Of a stretch of 64,000 bases of DNA, positions 40,568 to 50,852 are shown piece after piece; the stretch's first letter is position 1, and every line of letters starts with the position of its first letter. The position numbers were made by a program, and so were the translations under genes. The notes under the pieces are model-generated. The model was not told where the DNA came from, ran no database searches, and saw nothing but the letters and a program-made list of their open reading frames with translations. Source of the DNA: an uncultured Spirochaetota bacterium (lineage in GTDB: Bacteria; Spirochaetota; UBA4802; UBA5550); contig CAWHAA010000008.1 of the NCBI GenBank assembly GCA_963827275.1, forward strand, positions 352,001 to 416,000. Direction: 5' to 3'.

Positions 40568-43255
40568 ATGAAACAGGGTTCCCCATCATCGCGCGGACCG
40601 GCGCCGGCGGTCGTCGTTTTTCTCCTTCTCGTCAGCGCGCCCTTTTTTGCCCGTGACGCGTATTCCATCGGCCTGTCCGCCGCGGGGGGGCCGGCACGGC
40701 CGGACACCGCGTCAGTCAAAGCACCCGCCCCGGCTGCCGTGCGTGATATCCCTGAGGATTATGATGACGATTACATCGGAAACTCCTGGTCTGCCGTCCT
40801 GACGGTAAGCAATAACGGCTCTGTCGAGGTGGTGGAGACATACGATGTCACCACGGCCCGCTGGCAGCGCGGAATCCGCCGTGCCATGGGCGGCCTGTAC
40901 AATACGTTGTTGATATACGACGTGTCCTGCACGCAGGGATATGCCGCCCATGCCTTCAGCGAAGCCGCCGGCCACCGGTTTACCTTCGGTTATTATGATG
41001 TAAAGGCGCCCGGCCGCCAGCTCTTTACCCTGAAGTATCACGCGGCCGGCATGGTCGTGCCCGCCGGCAAGGGGGCGCGCCTGCAATGGCGATGGAGCGC
41101 CGGCAAAAATAAAACGATACAGAGCGTTAAAGTGGTGCTCCCCCAGGGCGCCCCGCCCCTTAACGCCAGGGCGGTTGAAATTTCGGGACAGTCAGGATAC
41201 GTATGCCGTGAAAAAGAGCTGCAAACCGCGGTAGCGGCGAACACCATCACCATCCCGGTGAACCGCACCATCACGGACACGCTTGACCTCGCGGTGGACC
41301 TACCGGCCGGCATGATCGATATAAAGGCAATGCGGGAATATCTTGACCAGATCACTGATAAGAAACAGGTCCCATCGCTCCTGGAGTACTGGACCGCTGC
41401 GACGATACGCGACGACATGACCGTTGACCGCAGGGACATCTACCGGACCGCGCCGGATAACGCGATCAGGCGCATGACCATGCGGTACAACGGCCGTTTC
41501 GACACCGCCCTCCTGAACGAGGGGACCGGTCCCTGCACCTTGAAATTCGTGAAGAACCGTCTCTATCTTTTTGGGTTCGATAAAAGGGCGTGCGGCGACG
41601 GGGATTACACCGATGGCTCTGTCTGCATCCCGTTCGGGCAGGCGGGAGAGGACCGGGCGGACCTTCGGTATTCCATGTGGGGCAATTACAACCCGGGAAA
41701 CCGGTTGTTCTTTGACCTGCGTCTCCCCCCGGCGGATGCGAAGAGGACCGACCGCGTCCGCTTTCTGATCACCGTTCCCCCGTTCGTTCAAAAGGAGCAG
41801 GTGCGGGTCACCCTCTTTCTCGTCCGCGGCTTCACCGGGGGCGTGCAGCTCCGCGAGGCGTCATATACAGGCACCTGGAAGGGGGACACCCTCGTCGGCG
41901 AGTATTCCCCGAGCCTGTACGACGAGCAGTATCTTGTTGCCCGGGTATTTCTTCCCGCCGCGGGCTTCAGCGAGCCGGGAATTGTGAAGAAGATGGGGAT
42001 ATACCTCTCCTATTCGTGGTTCTTTTACCGGTCCCTGTTCCTCGCCGCGCTCGTTCTGATTGTGCTGCTGCTGGCAGGGGTCCCCGCGTTGATCTGGCTG
42101 CTTAAAATGAAGAAGACCTCGGTCCTGGCGGCCGCTGCGGTATCAGTGAAAACCACCGTCGATGAAAAGACCGTCAGCGCCGTGCGCGCTGAGGACCCCG
42201 CTTTTTCACCCGGGGCATTCCTCGACCGCGCCAGGATCATCGCCGGGAACATACAGGCGGCCTGGTCGAACGGCGACATGGCCCCGGTCCGCAACCTTGT
42301 TTCGCAGGGGGTCTTTAACCGGTTCAGGCTAAGGCTCAGGCTCATGCGCGAGCAGGAAAAGGTCGAAAACCTCCTGGGCGCGTTCACGGTCCGGAGCATC
42401 AGCCTGGTATCGTCCTCCGTTTCGCGCGACTACCGGACCCTCCATGTGCATGTCAACGCGAGCGCCCTGGACGTCGTGGTCCCGGTCGCCATGACGGCCG
42501 AAGAGAAAAAGCGCGCGCTCGAGCGGGCGAAGAAATCATATTTTACAGAGGTCTATTCATTCACCAGGAAACGCGGCGCTGTTACCGATGCGTCAAAGAG
42601 CCTCCTCGCGGCCCAGTGCCCCTCGTGCGGCGGCGCGGCAGGTTCCCCCGGCGGCTCGAACAGGTGCAACAGCTGCGGCGCGGTCTATAACTCGGGCGAG
42701 TTCGACTGGGTCCTCACCGGGATCGCGCAGGGCGGCGAGTGGAAGAGCGGCCCGTCGAGGGACGTACCGGGGCTTGCCGCAATGGAAACGGAGGGCCTGC
42801 GGATCGACCGCGGTGTGATAGAGGACCGCGCGGCATTTCTCTTCTGGCAATGGGTGGCGGGGCAGGCGGCCGGGAGCGCGGCGCCCCTTGCGCATGACGC
42901 CACGGACAGGGTCCTTAACGCCTTCAAGCCCGCAACGGGCTACTTCTCGGAGACCGCGGTCAGCTCTGTTGATGTCCAGGAGGTCTCCGTCGCCGGGAGC
43001 GGCGCGCGGGCGACCGTACGCGTCCTCTGGAGCGCCGCCCTGTCCCAGGGCAGGGTGCCCGAGCACCGCGAGCATAGATTGACGCTTCTCCTTCCCTCGC
43101 TGACGAACCCGCCGCGCGGCTTTGCTGACCACGGCTGCGGTTCCTGCGGCGCGCCGCTCCCTGAAAGCGACACGCGGACCTGCCCTTCATGCGGGAGCGC
43201 TCTCCAGTCGAAGAACAGCGACTGGCTGCTGGATGATATTTCTGAAAAGAAGTAG
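40568..43255 (+). CDS. Membrane protein: DUF2207-like exported region, TM, then two Tim44-like + Zn-ribbon modules
   Basis: Signal peptide; NGSVEVVETYDV..GIRR; TM near residue 490; DPAFS..FLDRA..IQAAWS Tim44-like segment; CPSCG..CNSCG and CGSCG..CPSCG, each followed by DW(V/L)L. Confidence 0.7.
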   Translation: MKQGSPSSRGPAPAVVVFLLLVSAPFFARDAYSIGLSAAGGPARPDTASVKAPAPAAVRDIPEDYDDDYIGNSWSAVLTVSNNGSVEVVETYDVTTARWQRGIRRAMGGLYNTLLIYDVSCTQGYAAHAFSEAAGHRFTFGYYDVKAPGRQLFTLKYHAAGMVVPAGKGARLQWRWSAGKNKTIQSVKVVLPQGAPPLNARAVEISGQSGYVCREKELQTAVAANTITIPVNRTITDTLDLAVDLPAGMIDIKAMREYLDQITDKKQVPSLLEYWTAATIRDDMTVDRRDIYRTAPDNAIRRMTMRYNGRFDTALLNEGTGPCTLKFVKNRLYLFGFDKRACGDGDYTDGSVCIPFGQAGEDRADLRYSMWGNYNPGNRLFFDLRLPPADAKRTDRVRFLITVPPFVQKEQVRVTLFLVRGFTGGVQLREASYTGTWKGDTLVGEYSPSLYDEQYLVARVFLPAAGFSEPGIVKKMGIYLSYSWFFYRSLFLAALVLIVLLLAGVPALIWLLKMKKTSVLAAAAVSVKTTVDEKTVSAVRAEDPAFSPGAFLDRARIIAGNIQAAWSNGDMAPVRNLVSQGVFNRFRLRLRLMREQEKVENLLGAFTVRSISLVSSSVSRDYRTLHVHVNASALDVVVPVAMTAEEKKRALERAKKSYFTEVYSFTRKRGAVTDASKSLLAAQCPSCGGAAGSPGGSNRCNSCGAVYNSGEFDWVLTGIAQGGEWKSGPSRDVPGLAAMETEGLRIDRGVIEDRAAFLFWQWVAGQAAGSAAPLAHDATDRVLNAFKPATGYFSETAVSSVDVQEVSVAGSGARATVRVLWSAALSQGRVPEHREHRLTLLLPSLTNPPRGFADHGCGSCGAPLPESDTRTCPSCGSALQSKNSDWLLDDISEKK

Positions 43256-43282
43256 CTTCCGCGGGGGGTGTCCCGGCCCTTG

Positions 43283-44437
43283 TTACCCGATACCGTGCAG
43301 GGGGAACACGTTGCGCTTCAGATAGGCGACCGTGTCCTGTGCGAACTCAAGGCACCGTTCTTTCAGGTGCCCCGTTACCACGTAGGGAGCGTCGCGCAAC
43401 GAGCCGGAGAGCGTCTCGGGACCGTACATCATGCCGCCGATGAGGCCGGCGTAGGCGTCGGATGGCTCCAGTCCGCAGAGCGCGGCCCAGGCCAGGGTCC
43501 AGAGCGCGGCGGTCTTGTACACGTTGTATCCGCCGCCCCCGGCCATCAGGATTTTCGGCGAGAGGCCCACGATGGACCTGACCGCCCGCTCATACCCGAT
43601 GCTGGTGAGGTTCAGGTGGCCCAGCAGGTCCTCCCGGTGCGAGTCTCCTCCGACCAGGGCGACCGTGATGTCCGGTTTGAACGCATTGATGAGCGGCGGC
43701 ACCACCGAATCGAACGCGAGGTGAAAGACCTCGTCGTCGCTTCCTTCCATGAGTGGTATATTGACCGTATACCCGCGACCCGCTCCTTCGCCGATGTCCT
43801 CGACAAAGCCGGCCCAGGGGTAGATGGTCATGCCTGATTCGTGGATGGAGATGCAGAGCACGTCGTCGCGCGCTGCGAACGCGTCGCGCACGCCGTTGCC
43901 GAAGTGGACATCGATGTCGATATAGGCGACCCGTTTGCCCCGGCGCGCCAGCTCCGTGATGGCGATTGCCAGGTCGTTCACATAGCAGAAGCCCTCGGCG
44001 TGGTCCGCGCCGGCGTGGTGGAACCCGCCCAGGGGATTGAACACGGCCCGGGCCTCGCCGTCGGCCAGCATCACCGCGCCCCGGTACGTGCCGCCTGATG
44101 CGCCGATGGTGTATTCCCACAGGCCCGGGAACACCGGGCAGTCCTCGGTGCCGAGGCCGGCCTCGAGCATCTGCATGGTAAAGCCGCCGCGCTCCGAATC
44201 TTTCAGGAGGTTGATGTATTTTTTTTCATGGAACGAATAGAGCGCCTCATCGGGAAGGACCGGCGGCTCCATGACAAGCTGGTTTTTTTCATAGAGGAGG
44301 GAATAGCGCGAGAGGAGGTCCATCATCTGTTTCGCCCTCGCCGGCTTGAAGGGGTGCCCGGGGCCGAAATCGATGCCCGCGAGACGGTCTGAATAGACGA
44401 GTACGTTCCGTGCGCCGTTGTCGGTTGATTCAGACAT
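43283..44437 (-). CDS. Histone deacetylase / AcuC-family deacetylase
   Basis: GHPFKP, GGFHHA, GFCYVND, DIDVHFGNG, SIHE, GGGGY. Confidence 0.92.
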   Translation of the reverse strand: MSESTDNGARNVLVYSDRLAGIDFGPGHPFKPARAKQMMDLLSRYSLLYEKNQLVMEPPVLPDEALYSFHEKKYINLLKDSERGGFTMQMLEAGLGTEDCPVFPGLWEYTIGASGGTYRGAVMLADGEARAVFNPLGGFHHAGADHAEGFCYVNDLAIAITELARRGKRVAYIDIDVHFGNGVRDAFAARDDVLCISIHESGMTIYPWAGFVEDIGEGAGRGYTVNIPLMEGSDDEVFHLAFDSVVPPLINAFKPDITVALVGGDSHREDLLGHLNLTSIGYERAVRSIVGLSPKILMAGGGGYNVYKTAALWTLAWAALCGLEPSDAYAGLIGGMMYGPETLSGSLRDAPYVVTGHLKERCLEFAQDTVAYLKRNVFPLHGIG

Positions 44438-44513
44438 GATCCGTCACCGGGGACATGGTCGTGCAGGGCGGGATAAAAATCAAATACAAATTATGGCCGC
44501 GCCGCACCGGCGG

Positions 44514-46154
44514 CTACGGGGCCTTCTCCGCCGTTATGACAGGCTCAACTGAGGTAAGATCATACCGCGCTCGCGCGGTCGCATCGAACTCCACCATGTC
44601 CCACGAACGCCGGTCCTGCCCCGTGACCTCGAGAAACCGCTCGAAGCCGAGCCACCGGTAATACGACACGGTCATGGCGTCCTCCCGAAGCTCAACATCG
44701 GTGAAGCCCCAGGAGAGCTCGCCGTACACATGGTACCGGCCGGCCGTATTTTCACGGTCCGCCGCGGCCGGCGCACCGGGCCCGTTGATCCACCCGGCCC
44801 AGCGGCGGGCGCGGCGGTCCATGATGTAGGAGTCGAGGTGCGAGCCTCCCGTGCCCGCCACCAGGTAGAGGGGGCCGGGGTCCGCCCGGAAGAGGTCGAA
44901 GTTGTGGTCGTGGCCGGAGATCACCAGGTCGACGCCGCGGGAGCGGAATAAATCGAAGTACTGGGCCGCGAGCAGCTCGCTGGTGCCGTAGTCGCCCGTG
45001 GAGAGGACGGGGATGTGCAGCACGACGATGAGCCACTTCACTGACGCGCTCCGCGCCAGCTCTTCCCGCGCCCACCGGTACTGCGCGCTCCCCGTTGTAA
45101 GCACCGGCCCGTCCAGCGTCCTCCCGGGCCCGTCGAAGGGATGGAGGACGATGAGGCGCGCGTCGCCGTAATCGACAGAATGGTAATCCGGCTGCCCGAA
45201 GAAATAACGGAAATTGCTCCCGCCGTCCGAAAGGTATTCGTGGTTTCCCGGCGCGTACAGGCCGGGGACGGCATCGGCGCGGCCGTCGGCGGAAAAATAT
45301 TCGCGCCATCCGTCCAGGTCGTCCCCGGTGCGGACCATGTCGCCGGCGTGGACCCTGAAGTCCGGGACCGTGCGCATGGCATCGTAGCGCGCGTGCGCGG
45401 CGCGCGTCACCTCGGTGAAGTAGGAACGGGCCGAGCCGCCCCGCCTCGTGTTGCCGGAATCGGCAAGGGCCATGAAGCGGACGGTTGTGCCGCTGCCGCG
45501 CGGCGGCGCGGTGCGGAAGGAGCGGACCCTCCCGTCCAGCGCCGGCACCAGGTAGTAGTAGCGCGTTGAGGGCGCAAGGCCGGTCAGGTGGAATTCATGC
45601 CGCCTGCCGTCGCCCGCCGCCTCGGTGATCTTCGTCATGCGCTCCGGCTGGGGCACGGCGCCGAAAAGGATTTCGGCCGGCGCCATGCCGGCGGGATCAA
45701 AATACCAGACCACGGCGCCGGTCGACGCGTCTGCGCGCCGGTCACGGAAGGGGCCGAACTGGAGCACCGGGCCGATACGTTCCCTGAACCGCTCCGGCGC
45801 GGACGGTTCGCCGGCCGCGGAGCGCGACCACCGGTCCCTGAAAAATGTGATCGCCAGAATGCAGAAGAGGACCGTTATCGCGGGGGTAAGGATTGTTATA
45901 ACCGGCGGCGTCCAGGGATGCAGCCCCCTGAGCGCCCGGTATGCCGCGATGACTGCCCGGGCGCATAATAGGCCGGCCAGTAGCAGCGGTACGCCGATAA
46001 GAATCACGGGATAATCATAGTATGACGTTTTGAAAAATATGTCGATTATTTCGATCCCGGTCGCACTGATGCCGAATATGAGGATTGAAATGACCGCGGC
46101 GGCGGCGGCAAGGGGGATACAGGCAGGCAGAAAAGCCCGGGCTGCTTTTATCAT
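44514..46154 (-). CDS. Membrane-anchored purple-acid-phosphatase-like metallophosphoesterase
   Basis: FN3-like HEFHLTGLAPSTRYYY; motifs LAD, AGD, GNHE, VLH, GHDH; N-terminal TM helices; start uncertain. Confidence 0.82.
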   Translation of the reverse strand: MIKAARAFLPACIPLAAAAAVISILIFGISATGIEIIDIFFKTSYYDYPVILIGVPLLLAGLLCARAVIAAYRALRGLHPWTPPVITILTPAITVLFCILAITFFRDRWSRSAAGEPSAPERFRERIGPVLQFGPFRDRRADASTGAVVWYFDPAGMAPAEILFGAVPQPERMTKITEAAGDGRRHEFHLTGLAPSTRYYYLVPALDGRVRSFRTAPPRGSGTTVRFMALADSGNTRRGGSARSYFTEVTRAAHARYDAMRTVPDFRVHAGDMVRTGDDLDGWREYFSADGRADAVPGLYAPGNHEYLSDGGSNFRYFFGQPDYHSVDYGDARLIVLHPFDGPGRTLDGPVLTTGSAQYRWAREELARSASVKWLIVVLHIPVLSTGDYGTSELLAAQYFDLFRSRGVDLVISGHDHNFDLFRADPGPLYLVAGTGGSHLDSYIMDRRARRWAGWINGPGAPAAADRENTAGRYHVYGELSWGFTDVELREDAMTVSYYRWLGFERFLEVTGQDRRSWDMVEFDATARARYDLTSVEPVITAEKAP

Positions 46155-46361
46155 ACCAGTATGTTCCATTGACGGGGAGGGGGCCTCCACCGGGAATTAT
46201 AAGGAATTGGGCGCCACGCGGGGGACTAAATCAAGAAAAAATTTTCATATCCAAAAAATATTTGATTTATTGGTGCTGAATTAATTATTGGTGCATGTTG
46301 GCTCCATGGGTAACCGGTGCATCCTGCAGGTGCATACGTATATTATAAAGAGGAATGTCGT

Positions 46362-46568
46362 ATGGACGACACGGTTAAAAAGTGGTTATATTATCTGGGT
46401 ATTGTCGCGGCGATATATGTTTTTTTCTATTATATCCTGCCGCTCCTGATCTCGCTTTTTGCCTTTATCCTGAAGGCGGTTTTTTTCATCTTCATGTGGG
46501 CGGCGGTGGCCTTCGTGGTCATTTTGCTCATAACACATATCGTGAAGATGGTCAGGAAGGAAATATAG
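46362..46568 (+). CDS. Small membrane protein
   Basis: GAGG RBS; 68 aa, almost entirely hydrophobic. Confidence 0.6.
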   Translation: MDDTVKKWLYYLGIVAAIYVFFYYILPLLISLFAFILKAVFFIFMWAAVAFVVILLITHIVKMVRKEI

Positions 46569-46643
46569 GGCCCCGGCCGGATAATTATTTGTGTTGATTT
46601 TGACGGCCATGCCGTTTTAAATGTGCCTTCAGGACCTTATTTC

Positions 46644-48993
46644 ATGGAAAAGCTGGATTTACATAAAATAGAAAAGATCGCCCTGGGCGTTTTCATGGGG
46701 TTCTGCGTCCTCGGCGGGCTCATGTTCGGCTACGTCACGGCGGAGATCAAGAACTACTCCGGGATTGACAACCTGAAGGCGTTCCAGCCGAGCATCCCGA
46801 CGCGGCTCTACGACGTGAACGGGGACGTCATCACCGAGCTGTACCGGCAGCGGCGCTATCCCGTATCCTTCGAGGACCTTCCCCCCTGCCTGATCAACGC
46901 GTTTCTTTCCGCGGAGGACCAGGGCTTTTTCGACCACTTCGGCATCGACCCGCCGGCGATTTTCCGCGCCATGGGGAAGAACATCATCGCATCGATCAAG
47001 TCATTCAGGCCGGTGATTGCGCAGGGCGGCTCCACCATCACCCAGCAGCTGGCCAAACGTCTCTTCACCTCGGGTGAGCGGACCTTCGCCCGCAAGGCGC
47101 TGGAGGCGGTCCTCGCGCTCCAGATCGAAAAGCGCTTCACGAAAGAAGAGATCCTCGAGATGTATTTCAACCAGATCTATTTCGGCCACGGGTGCCACGG
47201 CATCGCGGCGGCATCGGAGTTTTTTTTCAAGAAAAAGTTCAAACGCCTTACCGCGATCGAGAGCTCTGTCCTTGCCGGCCTCCCGTCCCGTCCCAATGGC
47301 CTGTCGCCGCTCAAGTACCCGCGGCGCGCCGCGGCGAAGAACAGGGACATACTGAACCGGATGGTCGGCGAGGGCTACCTCGGCAAAGAAAAGGCGGACC
47401 GGCTCTACCGCGAGTTCTGGCCCGCCTTCTTCGATTCAATAATCATGGATTATCCGACAAAGACCGCCCGGTCGAATACCAGGGACCGTGCGCCGTTTTT
47501 TACCGATTACGTGCGTCAGATCCTGATCACCCGGTTCGGCGAGGAGATGGTCTACAACGACGGCCTGAGCGTGCATACCACGCTTGACCTGCGGGAGCAG
47601 AAGATGGGTGAGACCGTTCTGAAAGAAACGCTGAAGAAGCAGAACACGGTGTTCGTCACGGACAATCAGAACAAGAGCACCGGCCGTGGAGACGGGCATG
47701 ATCGACTCCTATCGACGGCCTGCGGATGATCTTTCCCCTCCCCTCCGCGTCCCTCGTCTTCGACGGCGAGAGCGCCTTCAAGCAGATGATGTCGGATGAG
47801 CTCCTCGATGCGCTCGAGATGCTCTCCTTTTTCAGCGAGACGCCCGGCTGCAGCAGGGCGCTCGAGGCGTACCATTCGCAGCTCACCGGCCTTTCGTCGG
47901 TCATGAACGTGGAGGGCGCGATCATCGCCATCGAGCCCTTCAGCGGGTATATACGGACGATGGTGGGCGGATCGAAGTTCGAGGTGCAGAACCAGTATAA
48001 CCGCGCCGTGCAGGCAAAGCGCCAGCCCGGCTCCTCCTTCAAGCCCTTCGTGTACGGCGCGGCGATCGAGAACAGGCTGGTGACCACGGAGACCTATCTT
48101 CCCTGACGCGCCGATCCTGGACATAGACGCCATCGGCAATTCCTGGACCCCGGGCAACTACGAGGGCGAGTATCCGCGGCATGGTCCCGGTGAGCAACGC
48201 CCTGTCGGCTTCCATCAATGTCATCTCGATCAGGCTCTACGACCTCCTGGGGCCCGACAGGATCATAGATTTTGCGTCGAAGATGACCAAGGTGCCCCCG
48301 ACGGATTTCGGCGCGAACCCGACCCTGGCGCTGGGGACCTCTGAGCTCACGCCCTTCGAGATGGCCACCGGCTTCGCCGTGTACGCAAACCGCGGCAAGG
48401 ACGTGATACCCTTTGCCGTCCGCTACGTCGTGGACCGCGACGGAAACGAGATAGCGAATATAGAGGGCGAGGTGGGCGAGATCCTCGCGCGCAAGTCGAA
48501 GAACGGCACGATCCAGGTCATCTCCGAAGACGTCGCGTGGATCATGACGCAGATGATGGCGAGGGTCGTCGACAGCGGGACCGCGACCGAGGGTATCCGC
48601 ATCAAGGGCGGCTATACCAAAAAGGGAGCGGGCAAGACCGGGACCACGTCCAACTGGTCCGACGCCTGGTTCTGCGGCTTTACACCGGACATTGCCGCCG
48701 TTGTCTGGGTGGGCTACGACCAGTCGTTCATGTCGCTGGGCAAGCACCAGGCCGCCTCGGAAGTTGCCGCGCCGGTCTGGGGCAAGTTCATGAACGGTTT
48801 TTACCGAGAACGGCCCGACCCGGAATTCGGTCCGAAGCCGCCCGGGGTTGTCCAGTACGGGACCGGATGGGGGCTCGAGGGGGCAAAGACCCAGTATTAT
48901 GATACCGAGGGCGGTGATGTCATGAAATCGGTGCTTGAGCGCTACATGGAGATTGAAGGCATGATTGAGGAGAAAAAGCCGCTGCAACAATAG
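46644..48993 (+). CDS. Class A penicillin-binding protein PBP1A (frameshifted near 47660-47725, 48103 and 48175)
   Basis: Transglycosylase motifs AED..F..H.G, GGSTITQQL, RK..E, KEEILEMY.N; transpeptidase motifs RQPGSSFK, S.N, KTGT. Confidence 0.92.
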
Positions 48994-49214
48994 GAAGAAG
49001 GCTTGAAAAAAGGCATTTTTGTCAATTTTTTTCACTCCGCGCCTGTTTTCCGCAGAATTATTGTTGAAATTCTGAAATTTTTGTGCTATGAATCGGCTTT
49101 CATTAGCCAGAACGAGGGAATGCTTGCATCAGGGCCCAGGGGATCGGGACGGAGCGGTTCCACGTTATGGACTTATATTTTTATAATTTTTCGGGTGAGG
49201 TCGAGGGATTCCAT

Positions 49215-49710
49215 ATGTTCAAGGTCGGTGACAATATTGTTTACCCCATGCATGGGTTGGGAAGAATAGAAGCCATCGAAAAAAAAGTCATTTTAGGCAA
49301 GAGAAGCGAATATTATATTATAACAATCCTGAACAGCGGCATGAAGGTGATGATACCCGGTGAAGAACGCTGAACAGATAGGAATACGGAGCATCATACC
49401 GAAAAAAGACGTCAAGAAGGTCCTGGCGGTCCTGTCCAAGAATGAGATAAGTTCGGTCGACGACTGGAAAGAACGATACCAGAACAATATCGACAAAGTC
49501 AAAAGCGGTTCCATCTATGAAGTATCGGAAGTGGCGCGCGACCTGTTCCGCAGGGGACGCGACAAAGAGCTTTCCATCATGGAACGGAAGCTTTATGAAA
49601 ATGCGTACCAGCTGGTGACGCATGAAGTTGCCCTGTCAAAAAATATCGACCTTGAGGAAGCCGGTAACCTGGTTTCCGAAGCCCTCTCGTCCCATCATTC
49701 GAAAAAGTAG
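49215..49710 (+). CDS. carD: CarD-family transcription factor (one frameshift near 49357)
   Basis: [43 protein letters not shown]. Confidence 0.9.
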
Positions 49711-49835
49711 GGGAGCCGCAAGAGGTCCCCTGTTACGTCACCGATTCAAGCGGCGCGTTTCCCGTCGTGCGCCCCGTCGGCGTCATGGCGCCGCGTCGCA
49801 TCTGTCGAACCAGATCTTACTACAAGGAGCGGATC

Positions 49836-50834
49836 ATGATTATTTTTTTACGGGTTATATTCATCGTTATTTCAATGGTATTATCTTCATTATATTTTGT
49901 CGACCAGGCCTTTTACATCATCCTGGCGGCGGCCGCGGTGTCCGGCGTCGTTGCGCTTCTCGTCCTGATTCTCATAGAATATGTGCTGCATACGTTCTCG
50001 GCGCGGATGTTCGCCGCGGCGATCATCGGCCTTATCATCGGCTTTACCCTCGGGCATCTGGTGAACCTGGCGTACAGCGCGCTGAACATCACCGTTCTTG
50101 ACCAGTATTCGCACATCATCACGCCGCTCATCTACCACCTGTCAGGCTTCATCGTGATGATGTTTTTCGTCATCAACTACGAGGAGATCACCTTCCTGGA
50201 CAAGATCGTCTCCTCGGACCTTCAGAACGCCGACGAGAAGATGTCGTACAAGATACTTGACACGAGCGTCATCATCGACGGCAGGATCGCCGACCTCTGC
50301 GACACCGGCTTCATCGATGGCATCCTTGTCATTCCGAACTTCGTGCTCAACGAACTCCAGATGATCGCCGACTCGGCCGACTCGATCAAAAGGAACCGCG
50401 GGCGCCGCGGGCTCGACATCCTGAACAAGATGCAGAAGGACCAGTCGATCATGGTGAAGATCACCGACATGGATTTCGCCGACATCAACGAGGTGGACGC
50501 GAAGCTCGTGAAGCTGGCCAAGATCATGAACGCCAAGGTCATCACCAACGACTTCAATTTGAACAAGGTCGCCGAGTTCCACGGCGTGCCGGTCCTGAAC
50601 ATCAACCAGCTCACCAACGCCCTGAAACCGGTGGTGCTGCCCGGCGAGGAGATGCGGGTCGCCCTCATCAAGGAGGGGAAGGACCACAGCCAGGCAATCG
50701 GGTACCTCGACGACGGGACCATGGTGGTGGTGGAGAACGGTCGCCGGCGGCTCAACGAGGAGGTGGATGTCACCGTGACCTCGGTGCTGCAGACGACCGC
50801 CGGACGGATGATCTTCACCAGGCTGAAAGACTGA
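49836..50834 (+). CDS. Membrane PIN/TRAM-domain protein (YacL-like)
   Basis: TM region; [52 protein letters not shown]. Confidence 0.93.
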   Translation: MIIFLRVIFIVISMVLSSLYFVDQAFYIILAAAAVSGVVALLVLILIEYVLHTFSARMFAAAIIGLIIGFTLGHLVNLAYSALNITVLDQYSHIITPLIYHLSGFIVMMFFVINYEEITFLDKIVSSDLQNADEKMSYKILDTSVIIDGRIADLCDTGFIDGILVIPNFVLNELQMIADSADSIKRNRGRRGLDILNKMQKDQSIMVKITDMDFADINEVDAKLVKLAKIMNAKVITNDFNLNKVAEFHGVPVLNINQLTNALKPVVLPGEEMRVALIKEGKDHSQAIGYLDDGTMVVVENGRRRLNEEVDVTVTSVLQTTAGRMIFTRLKD

Positions 50835-50852
50835 CGGAGCGACGGTCCCGCC

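Noticed and set aside
49340..49375. Programmed frameshift in carD (and similarly in clpB or nrdD)
   Set aside because: No slippery heptamer or stimulatory structure; best explained by the same clustered indel errors
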